From Myxococcota bacterium (GTDB lineage Bacteria > Myxococcota_A > Polyangia > Polyangiales > Sandaracinaceae): 64,000 bases of DNA. How positions within the stretch are numbered: the first letter of the stretch is position 1; every line of letters begins with the position of its first letter. Below the pieces are notes generated by a model. It made no database searches. It was not told the origin of the DNA and saw only the letters and a list, made by a program, of their open reading frames with translations. The position numbers and the translations under genes were made by a program. The DNA is taken from NCBI GenBank assembly GCA_036149055.1, contig JAYZQJ010000079.1:9669-73668 (forward strand), in the 5' to 3' direction. Below are positions 19,182 through 28,267 of this stretch, piece after piece.

Positions 19182-19952
19182 GTGGCGCTGATCGAGATCC
19201 GCGGCCTGGTGAAGCGATTCGGCGACGAGACCGTGCTCGACGGCGTGGACCTCGACGTGAACGCGCGGGAGCTGCTGACGCTCATCGGCCCCTCCGGCTG
19301 CGGCAAGAGCGTGCTGCTCAAGTGTCTGATCGGGCTGATCCGCCCGGACGCGGGCTCCATCGTCTTCGACGGCGAGGAGCTGACGAAGCTGCCGGAGCCC
19401 GAGTGGGTCCGGGTGCGCAAGCGCATCGGCATGCTCTTCCAGGAGGGCGCGCTCTTCGACTCGCTCTCGGTCGAGGACAACGTCGCGTACGGGCTCCGCG
19501 AACATCGTCTGCTGCCGGAGCCCGAGATCGCGGAGCGCGTCTCGGAGGCGCTGGCGCAGGTCAGCCTGCCGGGCATCGAGAAGATGTGGCCGTCGAGCCT
19601 CTCGGGCGGCATGCGCAAGCGGGTCGCGCTGGCCCGCGCGTTCGCCATGCATCCGGACGTGGTGCTCTACGACGAGCCGACCGAGGGCCTCGACCCGATC
19701 AACGTCACCCGGGTCAATCGCCTCCTCGACCGGCTGCGCACCGAGCAGGGCGTCACCACGGTCGTCGTCACCCACAACATGCAGAGCGCGTTCGGAGTCA
19801 GCGAGCGCCTCGCGTTCCTGCACGGGGGCAAGATCGTGCTCGAGGGCCCTCCCGCCCAGCTGAAGGCGTCGGGCGACGCGCGGCTCGCGCCCTTCGTCCG
19901 GGCCTCGGAGCTGTCGGCGAAGACCCGCCCGAGCACGCCGGGGCTACAGTAG
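19182..19952 (+). CDS. ABC transporter ATP-binding protein (MlaF/Mkl-like)
   Basis: GPSGCGKS, FQEGALFDSL, LSGGMRKRVALARA, LYDEPT. Confidence 0.9.
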   Translation: MALIEIRGLVKRFGDETVLDGVDLDVNARELLTLIGPSGCGKSVLLKCLIGLIRPDAGSIVFDGEELTKLPEPEWVRVRKRIGMLFQEGALFDSLSVEDNVAYGLREHRLLPEPEIAERVSEALAQVSLPGIEKMWPSSLSGGMRKRVALARAFAMHPDVVLYDEPTEGLDPINVTRVNRLLDRLRTEQGVTTVVVTHNMQSAFGVSERLAFLHGGKIVLEGPPAQLKASGDARLAPFVRASELSAKTRPSTPGLQ

Positions 19953-19956
19953 GGGC

Positions 19957-21063
19957 GTGCCCCGATCCACCTTCTCGCCGCGTACGCTCCCCTTCGGCCC
20001 GCCGGTGGCGCCGATGCTCGCCAAGGTCGCCGAGGCGATCCCTCGAAAGGGCGGCCACCTCTTCGAGCCCAAGTGGGATGGCTTCCGGACGCTCGTCTTC
20101 CGCGACGGCGATCAGCTCTACCTCCAGAGCCGGGATCAGAAGCCGATGCTCCGCTACTTCCCGGAGCTCGAGGCGCCCCTGCTCGCGCAGCTGCCCGAGG
20201 CGTGCGTGCTCGACGGCGAGCTCATCGTGGCGGTGGACGACCGCCTCGAGTTCGAGACCCTCCAGATGCGCATCCACCCGGCGAAGTCCCGGGTGCAGGA
20301 GCTGTCGGAGAAGACCCCGGCGAGCTTCGTCGCGTTCGACCTGCTCGCCCTCGGGGGCGAGGACCTGCGCGGCGCCCGCATGACCGAACGGCGCGAGCGG
20401 CTCGAGCGCGCGCTCGCCGACGTGCGCGACCCGGTGTTCGTCACGCCCGTGACTCGCGATCCGGACGAGGCGCAGCGCTGGTTCCGCCGCTTCGAGGGCG
20501 CGGGGCTCGACGGGGTGATCGCCAAGCCCGAGTCGCTGACCTACCAGCCGAAGAAGCGCGCGATGCTGAAGATCAAGCACGTGCGCACCTGCGACTGCGT
20601 GGTGGCCGGCTTCCGCTGGCACAAGAAGGGCCCGGGGGAGCTGGTCGGCTCGCTCCTGCTCGGCCTCTACGACCTCGAGGGGCAGCTGCACCACGTGGGC
20701 GTCACGAGCAGCTTCAAGATGGACCAGCGCCGGGCGCTCGCGGAGGAGCTCGAGCCGCTGCGCGAGGGGGCCCTCGACGACCACCCGTGGGCCGGCTGGG
20801 CCAAGGCGATGGAGGGCGAGACCCGCCAGCCCGGCATGCAGAGCCGCTGGAGCGCGGGCAAGGACCTCTCGTGGGAGCCGCTCCGGCTCGAGCGGGTCTG
20901 CGAGGTGAAGTTCGACCACCTGCAGGGCGGGCGCTTCCGGCACGCGGCGACCTTCCGCCACTGGCGGCACGACAAGCCGCCCGAGGCCTGCCGCTTCGAC
21001 CAGATCGCCGACGTGCCGCCGTACGACCTGGAGCGGATCTTTGCCGGCGCACCCGATCTATGA
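19957..21063 (+). CDS. ligC: ATP-dependent DNA ligase, LigC type
   Basis: PMLAK, FEPKWDGFR, LDGE, GLDGVIAK, MLKIKH, GSLLLGLYD, SRWSAGKDLSW. Confidence 0.88.
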   Translation: MPRSTFSPRTLPFGPPVAPMLAKVAEAIPRKGGHLFEPKWDGFRTLVFRDGDQLYLQSRDQKPMLRYFPELEAPLLAQLPEACVLDGELIVAVDDRLEFETLQMRIHPAKSRVQELSEKTPASFVAFDLLALGGEDLRGARMTERRERLERALADVRDPVFVTPVTRDPDEAQRWFRRFEGAGLDGVIAKPESLTYQPKKRAMLKIKHVRTCDCVVAGFRWHKKGPGELVGSLLLGLYDLEGQLHHVGVTSSFKMDQRRALAEELEPLREGALDDHPWAGWAKAMEGETRQPGMQSRWSAGKDLSWEPLRLERVCEVKFDHLQGGRFRHAATFRHWRHDKPPEACRFDQIADVPPYDLERIFAGAPDL

Positions 21064-21072
21064 TGGGAGGCC

Positions 21073-23724
21073 ATGCGCTTCTTTCCGCTCCTGATCCTCC
21101 TCTTCGCTTCTCCCGCCGCCGCCCAGGACACCACCGTCTTCGACTTCTCCGCCCCGTCTGACGGGCAGACGGGGGAGTACGCCGCCAGCCCGGGCGCCGA
21201 GCTCGCCGAGGGCCGCGGCCGCCTCGAGGCGAGGGCCGGCTGGGACGAGCGCGGGCAGCCTCTTCGGGCCCGCCTCGACGTCGACAACCTCGGCCTCGAG
21301 ACGCCGCGCGCCGTGCTCTCGATCCCGGTCGCGGCGCTGCCGCGCGAGCTGAGGCGCGGGCTCTCGGTCGACGGCTTCGACGTCACCGCGTGGCAGGACG
21401 GCGCGGCCCTCGACCGCCCGCTGGCCTCCGGGGTGTCGACCCCGAGCGCGCTCGGCGTCTACCACGTGCGCGTCCCGCTCCTGCCCGCCGGCGCCTCCTC
21501 GGTGGTGCTCTACGGCGGCGACCGAGGCGGCGCGGCGGTGGACGAGCTCGCCTTCTTCACCGACCCGAGCCCGGTCGTGCGGACCTTCGTGACCGGCGAC
21601 TTCCTCGCCACCGACGCGACGATCGTGAGCCTCGTCGCCTCCAACGACGTCGTGATCGACGGCGCGGCGGACTTCTTCGGCGGCGCGCTCGAGGGGCGCA
21701 ACCGGACGCGCGCGATGCTCGGCTCCGAGATCGTCTCGGCGGGCCCGATCGCGGCGAGCTGGTTGGGCGCCGGGGGGGACGCGCTCCCGCCCGAGTCGTT
21801 CGCCGGGCAGGCGTTCGTGATCCCCTCGCCGCGCTTCGACGAGGCGCTCTTCGTCGTCGCCCCGTTCGGCGACGCGACGCTGACCTTCGGGCAGCCCGGC
21901 CTCGCGCCCGAGACGGTGACCGGCGGTAGCGCGCGCCGGATCCCCACCCTCGTCGGCGACGCCGCGAGCGTCCACTTCACCAGCGACGCGCCGGTGGTGG
22001 TCGTCCGGGGCAGCGACGATGGCGACATCACGCCGATCCCGCCCGCCGCGACCACGCTGATCGGGGTCGGGAGCGGCAACATCCGGGTGGCCGCCGGCGC
22101 GAGCGCGGCGAGCCTGACGTACTACCGATCGGGCGGCGCGACCTCCACCGCCACCGTGCCCGCGGGAGGCGAGCTGACCCTGACCGGCGGCGCGGCGCAG
22201 GGGGCGGGCGAGGCCGTCCGGATCGTCAGCGACACGCCGATCGGGGTGATCACCTACGGGGACGGAGACGGCGGCGAGGCGGTGACCTTCCTGCCGCCCT
22301 CGCTCCTCGGGCGGGAGCTGGCGCTGCCCTTCGGCGCGCAGTTCGTGGCCATCGCCACCGCGCTGCCCAGCACGACCTGTCGCCTCGTGGCGCCGGACGG
22401 CGCGGAGCTCGCCCGCGGGACGAGCAGCGCCTTCGCGCCGCCGGTGCCCGGCAAGCTGTTCTTCGGGAGCGCGACCAACGGCGTGGCGCTCGCGGGCCCG
22501 GCGGCGCTCCGGTGCGACGCGGCGGTCTACGCGCTCGCCGAGGACGCCTCGACCGAGACCGAGAAGCTGCTGATGCCCGCGACCGCCCATCGCCCGCACC
22601 CGGGCGGCGAGGTGACGCTCGCGGTCGGGGCCGCCGAGACCCGCTTCGACGCCGGGGTCGCGACGGTGACCACGCCGTCCTTCGTGCCCTCCCGCCCGTT
22701 CGTCGGCCTGACCGCGCTCGAGGCGGTCGACGAGACGAGCGGCTTCGGGGCGGAGGTGGGCTATCAGCTCTCGCTCGACGACGGCGCGAGCTGGTCGGTG
22801 CCCGAGGGGACCGGCCTCCGCCCGGCAGCGGACGGGGAGGCGGCGCCGGCGTCGTCGTTCACCGGCGTGCGCTTCGCCGAGGCGCGCGCCCTCCGACTCC
22901 GCGCGGTCCTGCGCACCGACGGAGAGGCCGACGCGTCGGTGGACGCGCTCACGGTGGAGCCGACCCTCGTGCCCCCGCCGGTCCGGATCGAATTCGATCC
23001 GGTCTCCAGCCCGCAGCGGGTCGGGGCGGCGCACGAGGTGGCGCTGCGGCTGGTGGACGCGAGCGGCGAGACGGTGCGGGTCGGCGGGTCGGCGACGCTC
23101 GGCAGCGATCCGGCCGGCGTCTACCCGGCCCTCGACGTGAGCCTCGAGGACGGCGAGGCCATGGCGACCGTGACGCCGGAGGCGGGGGCGTCGATGGTCT
23201 TCCTGGTCGCCACCACCGACGGTGGCGTCACCGGGAGCAGCGCCCCGTTCGAGGTGATCGCGGCCTCGTCGACCCGGGCGCTCGTGGTCGAGAGCGGCGA
23301 CGGTCAGACGGCGGCGGCGGGGGCCTCGCTGCCGACGCCGGTGGTGGTGCGGGTGACCGACGCCGAGGGAGCGCCGGTCTCCGGCGAGGCGATCACGCTG
23401 ACCGTCGAGGGGGGCGGCGAGGCGGATCCCGAGGGCGGCGTCACCGACGCCGACGGGCGCCTCTCGGTGGCCTGGCGGCTCGGCGACGAAGGCGCGCAGC
23501 AGCTCCGCTTCGCGCTCGCCGACGACCCGAGCGTGGCCGTGCTGGCGACGGCGCGGATCGCGAGCGGGGGCGGCTGCGACTGCGCGGCGGTCCCGGGTCG
23601 AGGACGCGGGCCGGCCGCGCTCCTCTGCGTCGGGCTCCTGGCGATCATTCGCTCCAGGGGTCGTAGTCGGGGTCGGGCAGCTCCTGGGCGGGGCGCTCGC
23701 CTTCGGGCACGTGCCGGAGGTTGA
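21073..23724 (+). CDS. Secreted surface protein with Ig-like domains and MYXO-CTERM
   Basis: Signal peptide; IgGFc-binding-like repeats; SGDGQT..PVVVRVTD Ig-like domain; C-terminal GGGCDC-hydrophobic-Arg tail. Confidence 0.8.
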   Translation: MRFFPLLILLFASPAAAQDTTVFDFSAPSDGQTGEYAASPGAELAEGRGRLEARAGWDERGQPLRARLDVDNLGLETPRAVLSIPVAALPRELRRGLSVDGFDVTAWQDGAALDRPLASGVSTPSALGVYHVRVPLLPAGASSVVLYGGDRGGAAVDELAFFTDPSPVVRTFVTGDFLATDATIVSLVASNDVVIDGAADFFGGALEGRNRTRAMLGSEIVSAGPIAASWLGAGGDALPPESFAGQAFVIPSPRFDEALFVVAPFGDATLTFGQPGLAPETVTGGSARRIPTLVGDAASVHFTSDAPVVVVRGSDDGDITPIPPAATTLIGVGSGNIRVAAGASAASLTYYRSGGATSTATVPAGGELTLTGGAAQGAGEAVRIVSDTPIGVITYGDGDGGEAVTFLPPSLLGRELALPFGAQFVAIATALPSTTCRLVAPDGAELARGTSSAFAPPVPGKLFFGSATNGVALAGPAALRCDAAVYALAEDASTETEKLLMPATAHRPHPGGEVTLAVGAAETRFDAGVATVTTPSFVPSRPFVGLTALEAVDETSGFGAEVGYQLSLDDGASWSVPEGTGLRPAADGEAAPASSFTGVRFAEARALRLRAVLRTDGEADASVDALTVEPTLVPPPVRIEFDPVSSPQRVGAAHEVALRLVDASGETVRVGGSATLGSDPAGVYPALDVSLEDGEAMATVTPEAGASMVFLVATTDGGVTGSSAPFEVIAASSTRALVVESGDGQTAAAGASLPTPVVVRVTDAEGAPVSGEAITLTVEGGGEADPEGGVTDADGRLSVAWRLGDEGAQQLRFALADDPSVAVLATARIASGGGCDCAAVPGRGRGPAALLCVGLLAIIRSRGRSRGRAAPGRGARLRARAGG

Positions 23725-24949
23725 CCCGGATCCGGGTCCAGGTCGTGTAGCGGCCGCGCATCGCGTCGACGAGCACGTCGGCCGGCTCGAGGTGTGAGGC
23801 CGCGACCGGGTGGCGGAGCTTCCAGCGCTCGAGGCCGTCGAGCGCGTCCTCCTTCTTGGCCGCCTTGGAGATGGTGAGGAGCGGGAACTTCGGCTTGCGT
23901 CGCCCCGTCTTGGGCGCGGGCTTCTCTGCCTCCGGCTTCCCGGGCTTCTTCGCGCGGGAGGGCTGGACCCGCTTCGGCTCGTCGGCGCGCTTCTGGTAGT
24001 GGGGCGGCCACGGGGCGTCGCCGAGCCCGTCCGCCTCGTGTCGCGCCGACAGCTCCAGCAGGGCCTCGAGCGAGCCGGGGTTCTCGTCGATGGCCGCGTG
24101 CGGATCGCCGCGCTCCGCGAAGCGCGCGGGCGCGGTGACGAGGTTGAAGTCGCGCGGGTCGCACTCGAAGAGCTCGTCCCAGGTGAGCGGCATCGAGACC
24201 CGCGCGTCCTTGGTGGGGCGCACCGACCAGGCGCTCGCCACCGTGCGGTCCTTGGCGTTCTGGTTGTAGTCGAGGAAGACGCCGTGACGCTCCTCCTTCC
24301 ACCACTTGCTCGTCGCGATCGAGGGCGCGCGCCGCTCGACGTCCCGCGCCAGCGCGAGGGCCGCGCGCCGCACCTCGTCGAAGCTCCAGCGCGGGTGGAT
24401 CCGGACGTTCACGTGCACGCCGCGGGAGCCGCTCGTCTTGGGCCAGCCGACCAGGCCGAGCGCTTCGAGCGCCTCCTGCACCACCTTCGCCACCTCGATG
24501 ATCTGCGGCCACTCGACGCCGGGCACCGGGTCGAGGTCGACCCGCAGCTCGTCCGGGTGATCGAGATCCTCCGCGCGCACCGGGTGGGGGTTGAGGTCGA
24601 TGTTGCCGAGGTTCGCCATCCAGGCGAGGTCGGCCGCCTCCCGGGGCACGACCTCCTCGGCGCTGCGTCCGCTGGGGAAGCGCAGGACGACGGTGTCGAG
24701 CCAGGCGGGGCGGGGCTTCGGGGCCCGCTTCTGGAAGAAAAACTCCTCCTCGACGCCTTTGACGTAGCGCTTGAGCACCGTGGGGCGGCCGCCGGCGCCG
24801 CGCAGGGCCCCCTCGGCCACCGCCACGTAGTAGCGCACGAGGTCCATCTTGGTGTGACCGGCGTGCGGGAAGTAGACGCGGTCCGGGCTCGAGATGGAGA
24901 CCTCGCGGCCCCCGACCTCGAGGGTGGCTCTCTTCTTCGCGGCCCCCAT
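23645..24949 (-). CDS. LigD-type primase-polymerase domain protein (Prim-PolC-like)
   Basis: TKMDLVRYY, FFQKRAP, DELRVDLDP, KTSGSRGVH, VFLDYNQNAKDRT. Confidence 0.9.
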   Translation of the reverse strand: MGAAKKRATLEVGGREVSISSPDRVYFPHAGHTKMDLVRYYVAVAEGALRGAGGRPTVLKRYVKGVEEEFFFQKRAPKPRPAWLDTVVLRFPSGRSAEEVVPREAADLAWMANLGNIDLNPHPVRAEDLDHPDELRVDLDPVPGVEWPQIIEVAKVVQEALEALGLVGWPKTSGSRGVHVNVRIHPRWSFDEVRRAALALARDVERRAPSIATSKWWKEERHGVFLDYNQNAKDRTVASAWSVRPTKDARVSMPLTWDELFECDPRDFNLVTAPARFAERGDPHAAIDENPGSLEALLELSARHEADGLGDAPWPPHYQKRADEPKRVQPSRAKKPGKPEAEKPAPKTGRRKPKFPLLTISKAAKKEDALDGLERWKLRHPVAASHLEPADVLVDAMRGRYTTWTRIRVNLRHVPEGERPAQELPDPDYDPWSE

Positions 24950-25047
24950 CGTCCAGAACGATAGAGCGTCTGGCGCGTCCGGTCTCCTTCGTGAGGCTCC
25001 ATGACGGGAACGTGACGGTTTCTGGTGCTACCGTGTCCGGCGGGGGC

Positions 25048-26178
25048 ATGGACGAACGGGAGCGCGACCGTCTGCAGCTGGCCGCGGCGTGGAGCCGCGT
25101 GGTGCTCGGGGGCGTGGCCTTCGCGCTGATGCCGCTCGTGCACCCCGCCCTCGCCGAGCACCGCTGGGTCTTCGGCGTGTACGTGGGCCTCGCCCTGCTC
25201 GGGCAGCTGTTCATCTGGAAGGGCATCGGCGGCATGGGCCGCGCGGTGCTGGGCGGCGTCGTCGACATGGCGGTGCTCACCTTCCTCGTGCACCGCGTGG
25301 GCAGCACCGCGACGATGATGGTCTCCATCTACTTCTTCGCGGCCATCCTCAACACGCTGGTGGTCGGCCGCCGGGTCGGCGTGTCCCTCGCGCTCTGCGG
25401 CGCGGCCTTCTACTCGGCGGTGGTGGTCGCCGAGGCCAACGGCTGGATCCCCTACGGGCCGGACGCGCCCTCGCTCGCGAGCGCGGCGCCCGGGCGGGTG
25501 GAGGCGGCCGTCACCACCGGGCTGCTCTCGACGCTCCTCGTCCTCTCCGCGGCGGTGGTCGGGCTCCTCGTCTCGCGCATCCGGACCCGGGAGGCGGAGC
25601 TGCTCGCGGCGAACACCAAGCTCGAGGAGCTGAGCCTGCGCGACCCGCTCACCCAGCTCTTCAACCGCCGTCACCTCATGGCCCGCCTCGAGGACGAGCT
25701 CGCCCGGGTGCGGCGGGGGGCCGATCTCGCGGTGGTCATGATCGACCTCGACCGCTTCAAGCGGGTGAACGATCTGCGCGGCCACCAGGCCGGCGACGAG
25801 GTGCTGCGCCAGATCGCGCACGCGCTGGCGTCGGCGACGCGCGAGGTCGACGTGCCCGGGCGCTACGGCGGCGACGAGTTCGTCGTCCTCCTGCCCGACA
25901 CCGACTCGGTCGCGGCGATGCCGGTGGCCCGTCGCCTCGCCGAGGCGGTCCGCGCGGTCGGCGAGGCGTTCGACGCCGAGCAGCCGGTCACCGCGAGCGT
26001 CGGCGTCGCCACCGCCCGCACCACCGACGAGGCCCGCGGCCTCATCCAGCGCGCCGACGAGAACGCGTACCGCGCCAAGAAGTCGGGCGGCGACCGCGTC
26101 TCCCTCGAGACGGTCATCGGCACCTCCGGCGAGTGGGACGCCCCGGTCTCCACCGGCGTCCGGCCCAAGACCGGTTAG
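25048..26178 (+). CDS. Membrane diguanylate cyclase (GGDEF)
   Basis: N-terminal TM helices; RDPLTQLFNRR, DLDRFKRVND, RxxD I-site (REVD), RYGGDEF. Confidence 0.93.
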   Translation: MDERERDRLQLAAAWSRVVLGGVAFALMPLVHPALAEHRWVFGVYVGLALLGQLFIWKGIGGMGRAVLGGVVDMAVLTFLVHRVGSTATMMVSIYFFAAILNTLVVGRRVGVSLALCGAAFYSAVVVAEANGWIPYGPDAPSLASAAPGRVEAAVTTGLLSTLLVLSAAVVGLLVSRIRTREAELLAANTKLEELSLRDPLTQLFNRRHLMARLEDELARVRRGADLAVVMIDLDRFKRVNDLRGHQAGDEVLRQIAHALASATREVDVPGRYGGDEFVVLLPDTDSVAAMPVARRLAEAVRAVGEAFDAEQPVTASVGVATARTTDEARGLIQRADENAYRAKKSGGDRVSLETVIGTSGEWDAPVSTGVRPKTG

Positions 26179-28145
26179 AAGCGCAGCAGGGCGACGAGGG
26201 CGCGGCGGAGGGCGCGCATGGCGGCGGGCACGCTCGGCTGGCCGGCGGCGGCGGCGCACTCGGGCCAGGGCCGGCGCTCGAGCACGCGCGCGCGCACCAG
26301 GGCGGCGTCGGCCTCGGGCAGGGTCTCGACGCGGTCGCGGTGGGCCTCGACCAGCGCGGTGAGGGCGTGGGCGGCGGCCTCGTAGGGCCGCGGTCCGGAC
26401 AGGTAGGCGCGGGCGTCGGCCTCGATCTTCTCGGGCGCGGCGGGGGTGGGCGCGGGGAGGCCGTCGGCCAGCGCCTCGGCGAGGGCGGGATCGAGGCGGA
26501 GGTCGCCGGCCCCGTCGAGCAGCTCGCGCTGCAGCGGCCACTCCCGCGCGAGGTCGACGCGCAGGCCGTCCACGAGCGCGCGCGCCTCGGGCGTCACCGG
26601 GCGGATCATCACCGCCGACGGCTCGCCGGTGCGCGCGCCGCGGGAGCTGCCCACCCGGACGAGCGCGTACCCGACGCTGCGGCGGAAGGCGAGCAGCTCC
26701 CGGGTTACGCCGAAGAGGGTGCCGAAGAGCGCGGGCGCGTGGACCTCGTGCACGTGCGCGATGAGGCGGGTGGCGAGGCCGCGGCGGCGGAGCGCGGGGT
26801 GGGTGGCGATGCGCACGCTGCGGATCATCGGCAGCTCTCCCGCGCGCACCCGGCCGGCGTGCGAGATGAGCGTGTCGGGGAGGGCGTGACCGCGGATCCG
26901 CCCCTCGCCGCGGGCGATGGCCTCGCAGCGCGCGGCGGGGAGGGCGCCCTCTCGGGCCGCGAGGGTGGCGGCGACGATCCGCCCGCGGGCGCGGAGCCCG
27001 TGCACGACGAGGTTGGGCGCGTCGAGCAGGCGCTGCAGATCGCTCGGCGTCGTCCGGTAGTGGGCGTGCACCAGCAGGCCGAAGGTGTCGCGGAGGGCTC
27101 GCTCGTCGGCGGCGAGCGCGTCGGGGTGCAGCACCACCGCCTCCACGTCCTCCAGCCCGACGTCGTCGACGCCCTCGGCGGGCTCCGCGTCGAGCGCGAG
27201 CGCGGCGAAGACGGCGCGCTCCAGCGGATCGTCCGGCGCCCAGCGGATCGGGGCCTCGAGCGTGAGCTCGTGGAGGGGGCGGGGGCCGCCGCGGAGCTCG
27301 TCGACGAAGCGGAGCACGAAGCCGCGTCCCGTGCCCTCGTAGCCGTGCGCGGTCGAGGCGAAGGCGAGCCGCGCGCGCGGGTGGGCGGCGGCGATGGCGC
27401 GGAGCAGCGGCACGGGGATCTGCGCCGCCTCGTCCACCACGATCACGTCCGCCTCGACGTCGAGCAGGGCGGCCGGCGCGACGTGGGTGAGCGCGCGGTC
27501 GCCCGCGAAGCGGAAGAGCTCGGCGGCGGCCTCCCGGCTCGGCGCGCTCACCACCGCCTTCACCTCGGGCGGGAGGCCGGCGAGGGCGAGGCCGAGCGCG
27601 CTCGACTTGCCGCGGCCGCGATCGCTGAGCAGCACCGTCGCGCTGGGCCGCGGGGCGGCGAGCGCGCCCCTCAGCGCCTCGACCACCCGGGCCTGCTCCG
27701 GCGTGCCCCGGACCGCGCGATCGGCGGGCGCGAGGGGGGCGGGGCTCTGGCCCGAGAGCGTGGAGAGGTGACGCTCGAGCCGCGCGAAGAAGCGGGTGCC
27801 CACGTCCTCGGGGCCGAAGGGGTGCGCCGCGAGCCGCTCGCGCCCGGCGAGGGGAGGGGCGTCCGGCCAGCGCAGCACGAGCGCGCCGCCGCCCCGCACG
27901 AAGCCGTGCGCTTGCCCGATCACGTCGGCGTCGAGCGCCACGTGCGCGTCGATCACCACCGCGTCGAACGCGCCGCCCAGCCGCCGCCGCACCCGGCCGG
28001 GCGTGCTGTGCTCGAAGCCCGCCGGGGCGGGCGCGTCGCTCACCCACAGCACGTCGGCGGGCGACAGCGCCGCGCACAGGGCGACGGCCGCGCGCCGCGT
28101 CTCGTCGGGCGCGCCCCGGAGAAACACGCAGCGGCGGGGACGCAT
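26175..28145 (-). CDS. tmcA: tRNA(Met) cytidine acetyltransferase TmcA
   Basis: DRGRGKSS, VDEAAQIP, GYEGTGRGF, PIRWA, AHYRTTPSDL, RSVRIATHP. Confidence 0.88.
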   Translation of the reverse strand: MRPRRCVFLRGAPDETRRAAVALCAALSPADVLWVSDAPAPAGFEHSTPGRVRRRLGGAFDAVVIDAHVALDADVIGQAHGFVRGGGALVLRWPDAPPLAGRERLAAHPFGPEDVGTRFFARLERHLSTLSGQSPAPLAPADRAVRGTPEQARVVEALRGALAAPRPSATVLLSDRGRGKSSALGLALAGLPPEVKAVVSAPSREAAAELFRFAGDRALTHVAPAALLDVEADVIVVDEAAQIPVPLLRAIAAAHPRARLAFASTAHGYEGTGRGFVLRFVDELRGGPRPLHELTLEAPIRWAPDDPLERAVFAALALDAEPAEGVDDVGLEDVEAVVLHPDALAADERALRDTFGLLVHAHYRTTPSDLQRLLDAPNLVVHGLRARGRIVAATLAAREGALPAARCEAIARGEGRIRGHALPDTLISHAGRVRAGELPMIRSVRIATHPALRRRGLATRLIAHVHEVHAPALFGTLFGVTRELLAFRRSVGYALVRVGSSRGARTGEPSAVMIRPVTPEARALVDGLRVDLAREWPLQRELLDGAGDLRLDPALAEALADGLPAPTPAAPEKIEADARAYLSGPRPYEAAAHALTALVEAHRDRVETLPEADAALVRARVLERRPWPECAAAAGQPSVPAAMRALRRALVALLRF

Positions 28146-28267
28146 GCCGCATCATCGCGCGGCGCCGCCCCGCGGCAAGGGGTGGGGCGATGGTCCGTAA
28201 AGCCGAGCTTTGATCCGGGCGGGGCGCGCGTGCAGAATGGCGCACCCCGAGCGCCAGGAGGCCACGC

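Noticed and set aside
19957..24949. Prophage or plasmid replication module (ligase plus primase)
   Set aside because: Both are cellular LigC/Prim-PolC types; no integrase, capsid or helicase genes and no composition shift
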